Below the pieces are notes generated by a model, which saw nothing but the letters and a program-made list of their open reading frames with translations, did not search any database and was not told the DNA's origin. Below are positions 9,393 to 18,861 of a stretch of DNA of 41,930 bases, piece after piece (within the stretch, counting starts at the first letter, position 1; the number at the start of each line of letters is the position of its first letter). The position numbers and the translations under genes are program-made. The stretch is taken from sequence record SRR20825010_1537. One strand, written 5' to 3'.

Positions 9393-9725
9393 ATGAAAAA
9401 GGCAATTTTAAGTTTATTGGCAATAGGTACTTTAAGTTTCACATCTGTTGCATTCACAAACGTGAGTGCTGTTCCAACAGTACTCGTTCAGCAAGAGCAG
9501 AAAACTGAAATTCTGATGAAAAACCTTTCAAAAGAAGTGAAAAAAGGATGGGAAGAAACAGAGTACAAAGATGAGAACGTAGAGAAAATCTACAAAGTAG
9601 TTACTCCACAGCCAGATAGTGAAGAGTATATCGAGTTTATCGTGAAAACAGAGACTGGTAAAATGGCTGTTCACTTTGGCCTAGATGGAACATTACTGAG
9701 AGAGATAGCTATTGATACAAAATAG
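9393..9725 (+). CDS. Small secreted hypothetical protein
   Basis: 110 aa with an N-terminal signal peptide (MKKAILSLLAIGTLSFTSVA), an AT-rich leader and its own terminator. Confidence 0.8.
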   Translation: MKKAILSLLAIGTLSFTSVAFTNVSAVPTVLVQQEQKTEILMKNLSKEVKKGWEETEYKDENVEKIYKVVTPQPDSEEYIEFIVKTETGKMAVHFGLDGTLLREIAIDTK

Positions 9726-9775
9726 TAATCAGTTTTGGTTGAGTATTCACATAAGTGACCTTTTGTGTTAGTATT

Positions 9776-9810
9776 GAAGGTTGCCCGGACGGGGTAACCT
9801 TCTCTTTTTT
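9776..9810. terminator. Terminator between convergent genes
   Basis: GAAGGTTGCCC-GGACG-GGGTAACCTTC hairpin followed by a T run. Confidence 0.8.
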
Positions 9811-9815
9811 TAGCC

Positions 9816-10337
9816 TTAACGCATTTTGCCACGCTGGTTATACTCTTTGATTTTTATGTTTAAAGCCTTGAAATCTAGTTTACCTTTTACTTCAGTCAGG
9901 TGATCTAGGATGGCTAAGCCTTTATTCAGTTGGCTGTCAATACTTTTTACTTTTCCTACTATATAGATTAAGTTACGCTGCTTGCCGGGCGTAAGGGAAT
10001 GGAACAGTTCAGACCCGATTTCATCCTGATCTAGCAAAACACTAAAAGATTCAGGCATTGGCATCCCATATTCTGTATTGTCTTTCTCTAAAGATACCTC
10101 AACCTTGTCGCCTTCACTGATATTGAGTTCTGTTCTCGCTTTCTGGTTGATCAGAATGTAGCTTCCTTCATCCACAGGCATTAGAGCCGTATTGATGGTG
10201 ACTTTGCTATTGATCAGGCATTTTACACGCCTGCTATTGCCATCCGTAAATTGAGCGGTTATTTCTGGGCTAACGGGCAAATGGTAGCTCCAATGGCCGT
10301 AATGAAGCTGTTCTAATGTGGTGGTGAAGGTGACCAA
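9816..10337 (-). CDS. DUF1905 / YdeI-OmpD-associated family protein
   Basis: N-terminal 'RRVKCLIN...GDKVEVSL' (DUF1905) and C-terminal 'FHSLTPGKQR' (OmdA/YdeI-type). Confidence 0.8.
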   Translation of the reverse strand: MVTFTTTLEQLHYGHWSYHLPVSPEITAQFTDGNSRRVKCLINSKVTINTALMPVDEGSYILINQKARTELNISEGDKVEVSLEKDNTEYGMPMPESFSVLLDQDEIGSELFHSLTPGKQRNLIYIVGKVKSIDSQLNKGLAILDHLTEVKGKLDFKALNIKIKEYNQRGKMR

Positions 10338-10355
10338 TGGCTAACGATTGATGCC

Positions 10356-11156
10356 TTATTTGGCAGGACTAACATCAGTAAGTTTCAAGACATAAATCAG
10401 CGGCCATAACTTGCCTGTCACCAATAAGGATTTGGTCGACTCATGCCAAGCAATTCCATTTAAAACGTCTGCATCCGGATTTAGCAATCGGGTGCGGTAG
10501 GTTAAATCCGATAGGTCTAAGAAACCTTTCACTTCGCCCGTCTTCGCATCAATTTTAGCGATCTGGTCTTTTTGGTAAATGTTCGCCCAAATAAAACCAT
10601 CTACATATTCCAGCTCATTCAAACTACTTACCGCTACCCCCTGATATGTAACATTCAGCTTACTGACTGCTGTAAGACTGGTGGTGTCCAGAAACGAAAG
10701 CGAGTTTGACCCGTCAGACATGATCAGGTTTTTCCCATCGTGGGTTAACCCCCAGCCTTCGTTATTGTACTTGAATTCTCTTAGTTGTTCAAAGGTTTCT
10801 AGGTCATAAACGAAGCCCACTTTTTCTTGCCAAGTGAGTTGATAGATTTTGTTATTCAGAATGGTAATTCCTTCTCCAAAGTATTTGTCATCTAGTATTA
10901 CTTTTTTGTCTGGCTTTCCGGTAGTAGGGTCTACAATTCCAATCCAAGAAGCTTCTTGGCCTGTACTTTCAAATATTTTCCCTTTGTGTACGAGTAGGCC
11001 CTGCGTGTAGGCAGAAGAATCATGTGGCATGGTTTGCTCCACCTTGTAGCTGATCAGCTCCGGGTTGGCCAGCGAAAATTTCTCTTTAGAAGGAGAACAA
11101 GAGAAAACACCAAGTGTCAGAGATATGATGGAGAGTTGTAAAAGCTTCATGGGCAA
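10356..11156 (-). CDS. Glutaminyl-peptide cyclotransferase (bacterial/plant-type), lipoprotein
   Basis: YTQGL, ESTG, FGEGIT, QLTW, EGWGLT, NELE, NGIA and TGKLWP motifs; lipobox VFSC. Confidence 0.92.
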   Translation of the reverse strand: MPMKLLQLSIISLTLGVFSCSPSKEKFSLANPELISYKVEQTMPHDSSAYTQGLLVHKGKIFESTGQEASWIGIVDPTTGKPDKKVILDDKYFGEGITILNNKIYQLTWQEKVGFVYDLETFEQLREFKYNNEGWGLTHDGKNLIMSDGSNSLSFLDTTSLTAVSKLNVTYQGVAVSSLNELEYVDGFIWANIYQKDQIAKIDAKTGEVKGFLDLSDLTYRTRLLNPDADVLNGIAWHESTKSLLVTGKLWPLIYVLKLTDVSPAK

Positions 11157-11252
11157 TGTTAAATTTTATTCAGAAATAAAGGGCAACCATAATGTAAACG
11201 GAATATCGATTCCGTGTTGCTACTTTATTTCATAAACTTAAGGAACATCGCT

Positions 11253-11858
11253 TTATTTCTCTGCCAGCTTTAGCAAATATTTCTTGAAACGTTTGGTGTC
11301 GTAATTCGCCATTCCAGTTTTACTCACTACGATTTTACCTTCTGGAGAAACCACAAAGGTGGATGGAACTACTTCCGTTTCGAAAACATCGGGAAGTGGA
11401 GTGGCCAATTTGTATACAGGGAAATCGAAGCCCTTACGCTTGATCCAAGCGCGAGCAGTGCGCATTTCGTCATCGTGTGAAATCATCAAGAATACGATGT
11501 CATCTTTGTTTTCAATCTTGTTGTATAGCGAATTAATGTTAGGCATTTCGGCAACACAAGGAGGGCACCAAGTGGCCCAAATATTAATGAAGAGGGTTTT
11601 TCCTTTTAAATCGCGAACGTCAATTTTGTTGCCCTCTTCATTCACCAATCGAAAATTGTAATCGGCATCCACAACCTCATCAGCATCTAATTCAGACGCG
11701 TTGACAATACCAGTAATTAATACAGCCTGTTGAACTTTGCCGAAAACTTCTGCTTGAGAGCCTGTTAAGTAAATCACTAGGAAGGCAACAACAACGATTG
11801 ATAGCTCAATGATATCACGTTTGGTTACGCCTTTCTTTTTATTGTTTTTTTCCTCCAT
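11253..11858 (-). CDS. TlpA-family thiol-disulfide oxidoreductase
   Basis: N-terminal TM anchor, WATWCPPC active site and VP cis-Pro loop. Confidence 0.92.
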   Translation of the reverse strand: MEEKNNKKKGVTKRDIIELSIVVVAFLVIYLTGSQAEVFGKVQQAVLITGIVNASELDADEVVDADYNFRLVNEEGNKIDVRDLKGKTLFINIWATWCPPCVAEMPNINSLYNKIENKDDIVFLMISHDDEMRTARAWIKRKGFDFPVYKLATPLPDVFETEVVPSTFVVSPEGKIVVSKTGMANYDTKRFKKYLLKLAEK

Positions 11859-12015
11859 TGCTGAATTCTTTGTGCTTCAAGTTAACTAAACTTCTAAAAA
11901 GGGTATTTATTTTCTTACAGTAGAATCGTAAAGAGAAGCTATTCACAGTGTAAAAGGTTCAGATATGGTTTCTGAAAGGTAACCTTTATCACAAGCCTAT
12001 TGAAACCGCCTTCAT

Positions 12016-12375
12016 TTATTGGAGAATTTTTTTTAGAGCTTCTTCTAATGATTCGGAGAAGTTAATGTGCCCTAATTTATTACTTTCAAAAATGAAATCA
12101 CGAAGACTTTTGCTTTGGTGCGATGCAAAATCTCCAACAATGGCGAGCTTAACTCTGTAGTTGGAGAATTTCTGAAGTATTTCGCCAGCAATCCCTGTTT
12201 TGAGATCGAAGAAATTTGGTGTGATATTACTCATATGGAGTATTACATGATCAAAACCTTGATAGTATAGATTACCGAGTAAATCTAAGCCATCTTCTTT
12301 GTCATTGATGATTAAAGTATCAGAGGTCACTTCCGCTATTTTATGCTCTCCAGCTCCATGTATTTCAATGTTCAT
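12016..12375 (-). CDS. DUF4180 domain protein
   Basis: Characteristic FFDLKTGIAGEILQKFSNY and SKSLRDFIFESN motifs. Confidence 0.85.
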   Translation of the reverse strand: MNIEIHGAGEHKIAEVTSDTLIINDKEDGLDLLGNLYYQGFDHVILHMSNITPNFFDLKTGIAGEILQKFSNYRVKLAIVGDFASHQSKSLRDFIFESNKLGHINFSESLEEALKKILQ

Positions 12376-12400
12376 TCTTAATGCTTTTTGATCTTCTTTA

Positions 12401-12895
12401 TTAGTTATTGAGCATTCCTTTCAGCGACTCGTTTTTGTTTCTTAAGTCCAAACCTCCCTCATACACCGATTTAAGGTTCAGTAGAAAGAAAGCCCAACCC
12501 GATGCACAACCTAATCTTATTCCTTGCTTTGATTTGTCGTCCGTTGGAATATCCTTTTGAGTGAGCTCAACCATTACAACATCACCAACTTGTGTGAGTT
12601 TAATGTCAACTAAGCATTCGCCAGCAAAAGTGAATTGCAAAAAGTCGGTGCCATTGGCTTGGGTAATTTTTCCTTTTTCAACATCATCAAAGAGAAACCA
12701 TTCCCATTGGTAAGAAGCTCCTTGGTTTACAGGTTGGTCAGCCGCTAAAACTTCTCCATTTGAATTGTAAAAAGTGGCTTCGCTCAAAAACCACTTTTCT
12801 ATTTTTCCTGATACTGTCCAAGCATTATATAATTCTGATAGACTTGATTGTATAGCAATTTTCTGTGTGAACGACTCCCAATTAAAGTTTTTCAT
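12401..12895 (-). CDS. SRPBCC / AHSA1-like START-domain protein
   Basis: 'LYNAWT...IEKWF' and C-terminal 'GWAFFLLNLKSVYE' motifs. Confidence 0.8.
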   Translation of the reverse strand: MKNFNWESFTQKIAIQSSLSELYNAWTVSGKIEKWFLSEATFYNSNGEVLAADQPVNQGASYQWEWFLFDDVEKGKITQANGTDFLQFTFAGECLVDIKLTQVGDVVMVELTQKDIPTDDKSKQGIRLGCASGWAFFLLNLKSVYEGGLDLRNKNESLKGMLNN

Positions 12896-12975
12896 TGTTG
12901 TGTTTTTTGATCCTTAAAGTGAATTTGATTAAAACTTTCGGAACAAACAAAAAGAAGATCACTGAGTGCTTGGGG

Positions 12976-13569
12976 CTAGGCTTCTAGTTTCAGAATATCA
13001 TAAGCATGCTGCTTATACTGCTCCATGATTTCATCTTTTCTGGCTGCATTTTTTTCCATACATAAATAATAGTAAGCGCCTTCTAAGATGGTGTAAATTA
13101 AATTTGCGGTTCGTTTTGGGGCTTCGAGTTCTAGAGAACCTTCTTCGATACATTCCACCAAATGCGACTCTAACCAAACGCGCAAAGAGTCATGCAAGTC
13201 TTTGTATTTGGAACGAATCACATTGTTTCTGAATATCAGGCTGTAGCAACTATAATATACATCATCACTAATCAAAGCATTCCATTTTCTGGAAAAAAGG
13301 TTGTCGAGTACTTCCCTTAAGTGATCAATTGCAGAACCATCTTTTCTGGTGGTGTAGATTTTTTGATAACGGCTCAATATGTAATCAATAAGGGCAAGTA
13401 CGAGCTCGTCTTTGTTCTTAAAGTTATGCAAGATTAAGCTAGGGTTAACATCCATTGCTTCTGCAATCTTGGCAATAGAGGCATTTTGGAGCCCTTCTGC
13501 CTTAGCTGTTTTATAGAATGCTTTGACTATTTCTTGTCTCCTGAGGTCTTTAATGCTCTTTCTTCCCAT
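12976..13569 (-). CDS. TetR-family transcriptional regulator (BetI-like)
   Basis: MGRKSIKDLRRQEIV N-terminus and HTH 'ASIAKIAEAMDVNPSLILHNFKNKDEL'. Start moved to ATG 13569, downstream of a CATATTTG -7-like box (13595-13602). Confidence 0.9.
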   Translation of the reverse strand: MGRKSIKDLRRQEIVKAFYKTAKAEGLQNASIAKIAEAMDVNPSLILHNFKNKDELVLALIDYILSRYQKIYTTRKDGSAIDHLREVLDNLFSRKWNALISDDVYYSCYSLIFRNNVIRSKYKDLHDSLRVWLESHLVECIEEGSLELEAPKRTANLIYTILEGAYYYLCMEKNAARKDEIMEQYKQHAYDILKLEA

Positions 13570-13612
13570 TGATTTTTTGAGTGATTCTGCGGCCCAAATA
13601 TGAGAATAATAG

Positions 13613-13630
13613 ATTGAATAACTATTCAAT
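13613..13630. promoter_or_regulatory. Palindromic operator, probable TetR binding site
   Basis: ATTGAATA-AC-TATTCAAT perfect 8-bp inverted repeat in the tetR/susC divergent region. Confidence 0.7.
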
Positions 13631-13672
13631 TAAAATTGAAACTCGGTTAATCATGAGGTAACATGCCGAGCC

Positions 13673-13680
13673 TACATTTG
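13673..13680 (+). promoter_or_regulatory. -7 promoter box of susC
   Basis: TACATTTG is an exact TAnnTTTG match, 37 nt before the ATG. Confidence 0.65.
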
Positions 13681-13717
13681 ACAATCTAAAATCTGCTCTA
13701 AAACTAAAACAAAACTT

Positions 13718-16700
13718 ATGAAAGGATTAACATCCATTTTTTCAACCCAACATCGGCAGCTCCGCAGAACATGCCTAATGTTGATGTGCTTATGTGTGTC
13801 TGTGCTTGGCTTTGCCCAAGATTTAAATGTCAAAGGTCTGATTTCAGATATTGAAGGTCAGCCAATTTTTGGTGCTACTGTTTTTGAAAAAGGAACCACC
13901 AATGGAATGATCACAGGTGCTGATGGAGAGTACAGCATCAAAGTGAAAAATCAAGAATCGGTGATCGTATTCTCATTCGTGGGTTTTCTTTCACAAGAAG
14001 TAACTGTAAACAATCAGTCAACTATTAACATAACGCTTGAAGAAGACATTAAAGAACTTCAGGAATTTGTGGTAGTGGGTTACGGTGTAGAAAAGAAAGT
14101 AAATCTTTCTGGTGCTGTAGATCAAGTAGATGCTCAGCAATTGGCAAAACGACCAATCAGCAGTGTAACCGAAGGACTTCAAGGTGTGATTCCTAACCTG
14201 AATATTGATAGTAACTCTGGTGCTCCGGGCGCTACACCTAATATTAACATTAGAGGTATCACTTCAATTAATGGAGGAAGCCCACTGATTTTGATTGATG
14301 GTGTTCCTTCTGATGCAGTTGAGTTGAATCGTATTGCGCCACAGGACATTGAAAGTATTTCGGTAATAAAGGATGCTTCTTCAGCGGCCATTTATGGAGC
14401 AAGAGCAGCTTTTGGTGTGGTAATTATCACTACAAAAAATGGTTCAGACAAAATGAAGATTAGCTACTCTGGTTACACTTCAATGAACCAAGCTACAGTA
14501 TTGCCAGACAAAATCACTGACCCTTATATCTACTCAAGATTGTTAGAAACATCAACTGACAACACGCCTTGGGACAATATTAACTTCAGTGATCAGTATT
14601 ATGCTTGGGCCAGAGATCGTTCGAACGATCCTTCGCTATCGGGTGTAAGAATGAACCCAACCAACGAAGCCGCTTGGGAATACATGGGTGGTCAAGATTG
14701 GTCTCGTCATTTCATGAAAGACAATACGACTTCAAGCAATCACCAGCTTTCTATTAGCGGAGGTGATGATCGTGTTAATTATTTGCTTTCAGGTTCATAC
14801 AGTCATCAAGATGGTGTTTTGGCCATTGCCGATGATTATTTTGATCGATATACGGTAAGAAGCAAGGTTTCATACAAAGCCAACGACTGGTTGACCATCA
14901 GCAATAATACGTACTTAACCACAACGGAAAGAAAAGAACCTTCTTACTTCGATATTACCTCTATCTACAATATTGCCCCAACCTCATGGGATGTTAACCC
15001 TGATGGAAGTTGGGCCAATTCAGAAGCTGGAGTAATTTCTGCTCAATTGACAGATGGTGGAGAAGACATCACTGAATTTACAAGTGTTCAGTCTCAGTTT
15101 GGAGTACAAGCCGAATTGTTGAAAGATGTTTTAACCTTCAATACTGACTTTACTTTCAGAAGAGGAAGACAAGATAGAAACTGGTTCCAGACTAAATACA
15201 ACATTGGCTTTGGACCAAGTGACATTAGAGAACAAGGCAATAATTCAGCCTACAGGTCAAGTACTGTTGAGAACTATTATGTGTTGAATAGCTACTTAAG
15301 CTACAGACAACAATTTGGAGATCACGCCTTGAGCGGAACTTTAGGTTTCAACCAAGAACACAACCGTTGGAACTCATTTAGTGCGCAGCGTAACAATGTT
15401 ATCTCTTCATCGCTACCTACAATTGCGTTGGCTACAGGTGATCAATTTGTGGGCGAAAATGTTTCTGAATGGGCTGTAAGAGGTGTATTCTACAGACTTA
15501 ATTACATCTATAACGACAAATACATTGTTGAATTCAATGGTCGATATGATGGAGCTTCCAAGTTTCCTTCAAATAACCGTTACGGATTCTTCCCTTCTGC
15601 TTCAGTTGCTTGGAGAGTAGACGAAGAAAACTTTATGGCAGGAATGAGAGACTGGGTAAGCCAGTTTAAACTGAGAGGCTCGATTGGGTCTTTGGGTAAC
15701 CAAGCCATTGGTCCATATGAATACATTTCAACAATGGATGCTTATCAAGGAAACTACCTTATTGATGGAAAGCTTCCTTTAGAAATCTCTTCACCTCAAT
15801 TGGTTTCAAATAACTTCTCTTGGGAAGAGGTAGTGACTAGAAACTTTGGTGTTGACATGGGATTCCTTGAAAACAAAGTAACTGCATCGTTCGATATCTA
15901 CAGAAGAGATACCAAAGGTATGTTGACTTTGGGTAGAGAGTTACCAGACGTATTGGGCGCTACTGAACCAAAAGAAAACGCAGCCGATTTGAAAACCAAT
16001 GGTTGGGAATTCTCTTTAGGTTACCAAAACGAAGTGAGCTTATCAGGCAAGCCATTGAACTTCAAAGCGGGTTTCAACTTATCTGACAGCCGTTCTTACA
16101 TCACTAAGTTTGATAACCCAACAGGTAGCATCACACAATTCTATGAAGGAATGGAGTTAGGTCAAATTTGGGGTCTCCAAAATGACGGCTTCTTCAGGTC
16201 TGCCGAAGAGATTGATGCTTTAGATCAGAACTCGATTGTGCCTTGGGGTGCTATTTCAATTGTTGAAGGATGGCCAAAATACAAAGACCTAAACGGAGAC
16301 AATAAGATCACTAAAGGGTATACTTTAGGCGACACTCAGGATTTATCTGTCATTGGTAATCAATCTCCAAGATACCGATACGGGATGAACCTTTCTGCCG
16401 ATTGGAATGGCTTTGACATTAGCGTTCTTTTTCAAGGAGTTGGAAAGAGAGATTACTATCCACTGGATTACTTGTACTGGGGCTTTTATCAGCAGCCTTA
16501 TGCTGGTGGATATGCTCACTTAAACGATTTCTACAGAGCTGAATCAGAAACTGGTGCAGATAGAGACAGACATTCTCAGTCGTACATAGATGCAGGTTTG
16601 GCAGATCAGAATTTGGATGCCAAATACCCTCACTTACAATCCTGGTTAGCTGATAGAAACTTAGGAGAAAGAATTGATCAAGCGCAAGGTTTGGCCATTC

Positions 16701-16990
16701 CTCAAACAGATTACTTGTTAAGTGCTGCTTATTTAAGGCTCAAAAACTTAACCATCGGCTATACTTTGCCAGTGACATTAATGTCTAGAACTGGTCTTTC
16801 AAGTGTTAGAGTTTATGCCAGTGGCGAAAACCTTTTCGAATGGTCAGCATTAAAAGACTACTTCGATCCAGAAGCAGTAAACAATGCCATTCAGTATAAC
16901 CCTGCCGTGAGCGGTGGAAGAGGAGTAGGTAAAGGTTACACTTACCCGTTCCAAAGACGATATGTATTGGGTATAAACATCACTTTGTAA
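13718..16990 (+). CDS. susC: SusC/RagA-family TonB-linked outer membrane transporter
   Basis: 'EFVVVGYG', 'PLILIDG', 'KDASSAAIYGARAAFGVVIITTK', 'RYDGASKF', 'FPSAS' and 'YLRLKNLTIGY' SusC signatures. Confidence 0.97.
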   Translation: MKGLTSIFSTQHRQLRRTCLMLMCLCVSVLGFAQDLNVKGLISDIEGQPIFGATVFEKGTTNGMITGADGEYSIKVKNQESVIVFSFVGFLSQEVTVNNQSTINITLEEDIKELQEFVVVGYGVEKKVNLSGAVDQVDAQQLAKRPISSVTEGLQGVIPNLNIDSNSGAPGATPNINIRGITSINGGSPLILIDGVPSDAVELNRIAPQDIESISVIKDASSAAIYGARAAFGVVIITTKNGSDKMKISYSGYTSMNQATVLPDKITDPYIYSRLLETSTDNTPWDNINFSDQYYAWARDRSNDPSLSGVRMNPTNEAAWEYMGGQDWSRHFMKDNTTSSNHQLSISGGDDRVNYLLSGSYSHQDGVLAIADDYFDRYTVRSKVSYKANDWLTISNNTYLTTTERKEPSYFDITSIYNIAPTSWDVNPDGSWANSEAGVISAQLTDGGEDITEFTSVQSQFGVQAELLKDVLTFNTDFTFRRGRQDRNWFQTKYNIGFGPSDIREQGNNSAYRSSTVENYYVLNSYLSYRQQFGDHALSGTLGFNQEHNRWNSFSAQRNNVISSSLPTIALATGDQFVGENVSEWAVRGVFYRLNYIYNDKYIVEFNGRYDGASKFPSNNRYGFFPSASVAWRVDEENFMAGMRDWVSQFKLRGSIGSLGNQAIGPYEYISTMDAYQGNYLIDGKLPLEISSPQLVSNNFSWEEVVTRNFGVDMGFLENKVTASFDIYRRDTKGMLTLGRELPDVLGATEPKENAADLKTNGWEFSLGYQNEVSLSGKPLNFKAGFNLSDSRSYITKFDNPTGSITQFYEGMELGQIWGLQNDGFFRSAEEIDALDQNSIVPWGAISIVEGWPKYKDLNGDNKITKGYTLGDTQDLSVIGNQSPRYRYGMNLSADWNGFDISVLFQGVGKRDYYPLDYLYWGFYQQPYAGGYAHLNDFYRAESETGADRDRHSQSYIDAGLADQNLDAKYPHLQSWLADRNLGERIDQAQGLAIPQTDYLLSAAYLRLKNLTIGYTLPVTLMSRTGLSSVRVYASGENLFEWSALKDYFDPEAVNNAIQYNPAVSGGRGVGKGYTYPFQRRYVLGINITL

Positions 16991-17016
16991 TCATCTGATT
17001 TTTAAACGAATTCAAA

Positions 17017-18804
17017 ATGAAAAATTTTAAAATACTGATTGCACTCTTCTTAATTTGTTCAGTTGCAGCTTGTGACGACAACTTTTTAGATGTAGTGCCA
17101 GAAACTTCGATTGGCGTAGAGAACTTCTTTAACACAGAAGAAGACCTTAATATTTACGTCAATAGCCTTTACAATTTCCCTGGTTCGGGGATTTACTATG
17201 CCGATGGCGGAACGGATAATGCTGCCATTACGGGTAATACTGAAATGAAAACCATGATGGTAAGCTCTCCGTCTTCTTCTACCGTTACTTCAGGTTGGAG
17301 CTGGGGTACGCTAAGATCAATCAACTTGTTTTTAGAGAACTTTGAAAAAGCGAATATCTCTCAAGAAAAACTGAATCATTTTGAAGGTTTGGGAAGATTC
17401 TTCAGAGCGCAGTTTTACTACGACAAAGTGAAAAGGTATTCAGATGTTCCTTATTACGATTTCGTAATCGAAACTGGCGATACTGAAGCCTTGAACAAGT
17501 CGCGTGATTCTCGTGAAATGGTAGTGGATAAGGTGTTTGAAGACTACCAGTTTGCTATCGAGAATATTTTCGAGAACCAACCTGATGGCGCGGTGAACAG
17601 ATGGGTAGCAAAAGCCTTTATGGCAAGAAATGCGCTACACGAAGGTACTTTCAGAAAATACCACAGCGAATTGAACCTTGCTGCTTCGGCTGATAAGTAC
17701 TTGAAGTTAGCGAGAGATATCGCTAAAGACATCATGGACAATGGCCCTTTCAGTATCAAGAACACAGGCAATAGCGCTACGGACTACAGCAGCTTGTTCA
17801 ACAGCACTGATCTAGAGTCAAATCCAGAAGTGATTTTAGGGGTATATAGCCTTGACCAAGTGAAAAATAGCGGTTGGTCAGAAACTGTGTTTGGTAATTA
17901 TGAAACCAGCCCAGCGAAAGACTTATTACAGTCTTACCTAATGGCTGATGGTTCATATTATTCAAATCAAGCCAATTACGATGAATTCAGTTTTGTTCAA
18001 GAGTTTCAAAATAGAGACCCGAGATTGTCTCAAACTTACGCTTATCCAGGCTTTGTGTTGGTAAACTCAAGAACTTACAGCCAGGGTGCAGGAACATATG
18101 TTCAACAATTGGCGAAGAACTTCTCAGGCTATCATCAGCTGAAAGGTTTTGTGAATGTAACAGATCAGTCTGTTGTCAATAACTTAGATTTCCCTGTATT
18201 GAGGTTTGCTGAAACCCTTTTGATTTATGCTGAAGCCAAAGCTGAGTTGAATGAAATGAGCCAAGCTGTATTAAACGAGTCGATTAACCTATTGCGTAAC
18301 AGAGCGGGCATGCCAAATTTGTCAATGGCTGCTACTGTAGATCCAGTGTTGCAGGCAATGTACCCAACTGTATCAGACCCAGTTTTGCTTGAAATCAGAA
18401 GAGAAAGAAGAGTTGAAATGGCTTTGGAAGGTTACAGGTTTGATGACCTGATGCGTTGGAAAGCGGGTAAGTTATTGGAGGAAGAGCCAAAGGGTTTATA
18501 CTTCAGTGGCTTAGGTAAACACGACATCACTGGCGATGGAATTGAAGATGTTATTCTTTTAGATGCTTCAGCTTCAATTCCCGATACTAAAGAGCGAAAT
18601 GCCTTAGATGTTCCTTTTGCTTACTATAGAGTAGGGGGCTTTGGTGAAAACGTGGGCGTGTATTTATCAGAGGGTAATAGCGGACACATTTTGACGGTAA
18701 TTGAAAGAGGAGTGTTTGACGATCCAAAGTTTTACTACCGTCCGGTGCCAGCTGCTCAAGTAGCGCTGAACCCTAGCTTAACACAGATTTTTGGTTGGAA
18801 TTAG
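17017..18804 (+). CDS. susD: SusD/RagB-family nutrient-binding lipoprotein
   Basis: Lipobox VAAC, 'RFAETLLIYAEA', 'RRERRVEMALEGYRFDDLMRW' and C-terminal 'NPSLTQ..GW'. Confidence 0.96.
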   Translation: MKNFKILIALFLICSVAACDDNFLDVVPETSIGVENFFNTEEDLNIYVNSLYNFPGSGIYYADGGTDNAAITGNTEMKTMMVSSPSSSTVTSGWSWGTLRSINLFLENFEKANISQEKLNHFEGLGRFFRAQFYYDKVKRYSDVPYYDFVIETGDTEALNKSRDSREMVVDKVFEDYQFAIENIFENQPDGAVNRWVAKAFMARNALHEGTFRKYHSELNLAASADKYLKLARDIAKDIMDNGPFSIKNTGNSATDYSSLFNSTDLESNPEVILGVYSLDQVKNSGWSETVFGNYETSPAKDLLQSYLMADGSYYSNQANYDEFSFVQEFQNRDPRLSQTYAYPGFVLVNSRTYSQGAGTYVQQLAKNFSGYHQLKGFVNVTDQSVVNNLDFPVLRFAETLLIYAEAKAELNEMSQAVLNESINLLRNRAGMPNLSMAATVDPVLQAMYPTVSDPVLLEIRRERRVEMALEGYRFDDLMRWKAGKLLEEEPKGLYFSGLGKHDITGDGIEDVILLDASASIPDTKERNALDVPFAYYRVGGFGENVGVYLSEGNSGHILTVIERGVFDDPKFYYRPVPAAQVALNPSLTQIFGWN

Positions 18805-18824
18805 ATTAGGTTGTAAATGTTGAT

Positions 18825-18861
18825 ATACCGGATGAGGCTTTTGGCCTCTTCTGGTATTTTC
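18825..18861 (+). terminator. Hairpin/terminator between susD and the phosphoesterase genes
   Basis: ATACCGGATGAGGC...GCCTCTTCTGGTAT imperfect stem followed by TTTT. Confidence 0.65.

Noticed and set aside
13570-13629. N-terminal extension of TetR given by the ORF track
   Set aside because: The TTG start lies inside the operator palindrome and upstream of the likely -7 box; MGRKS is the typical start.
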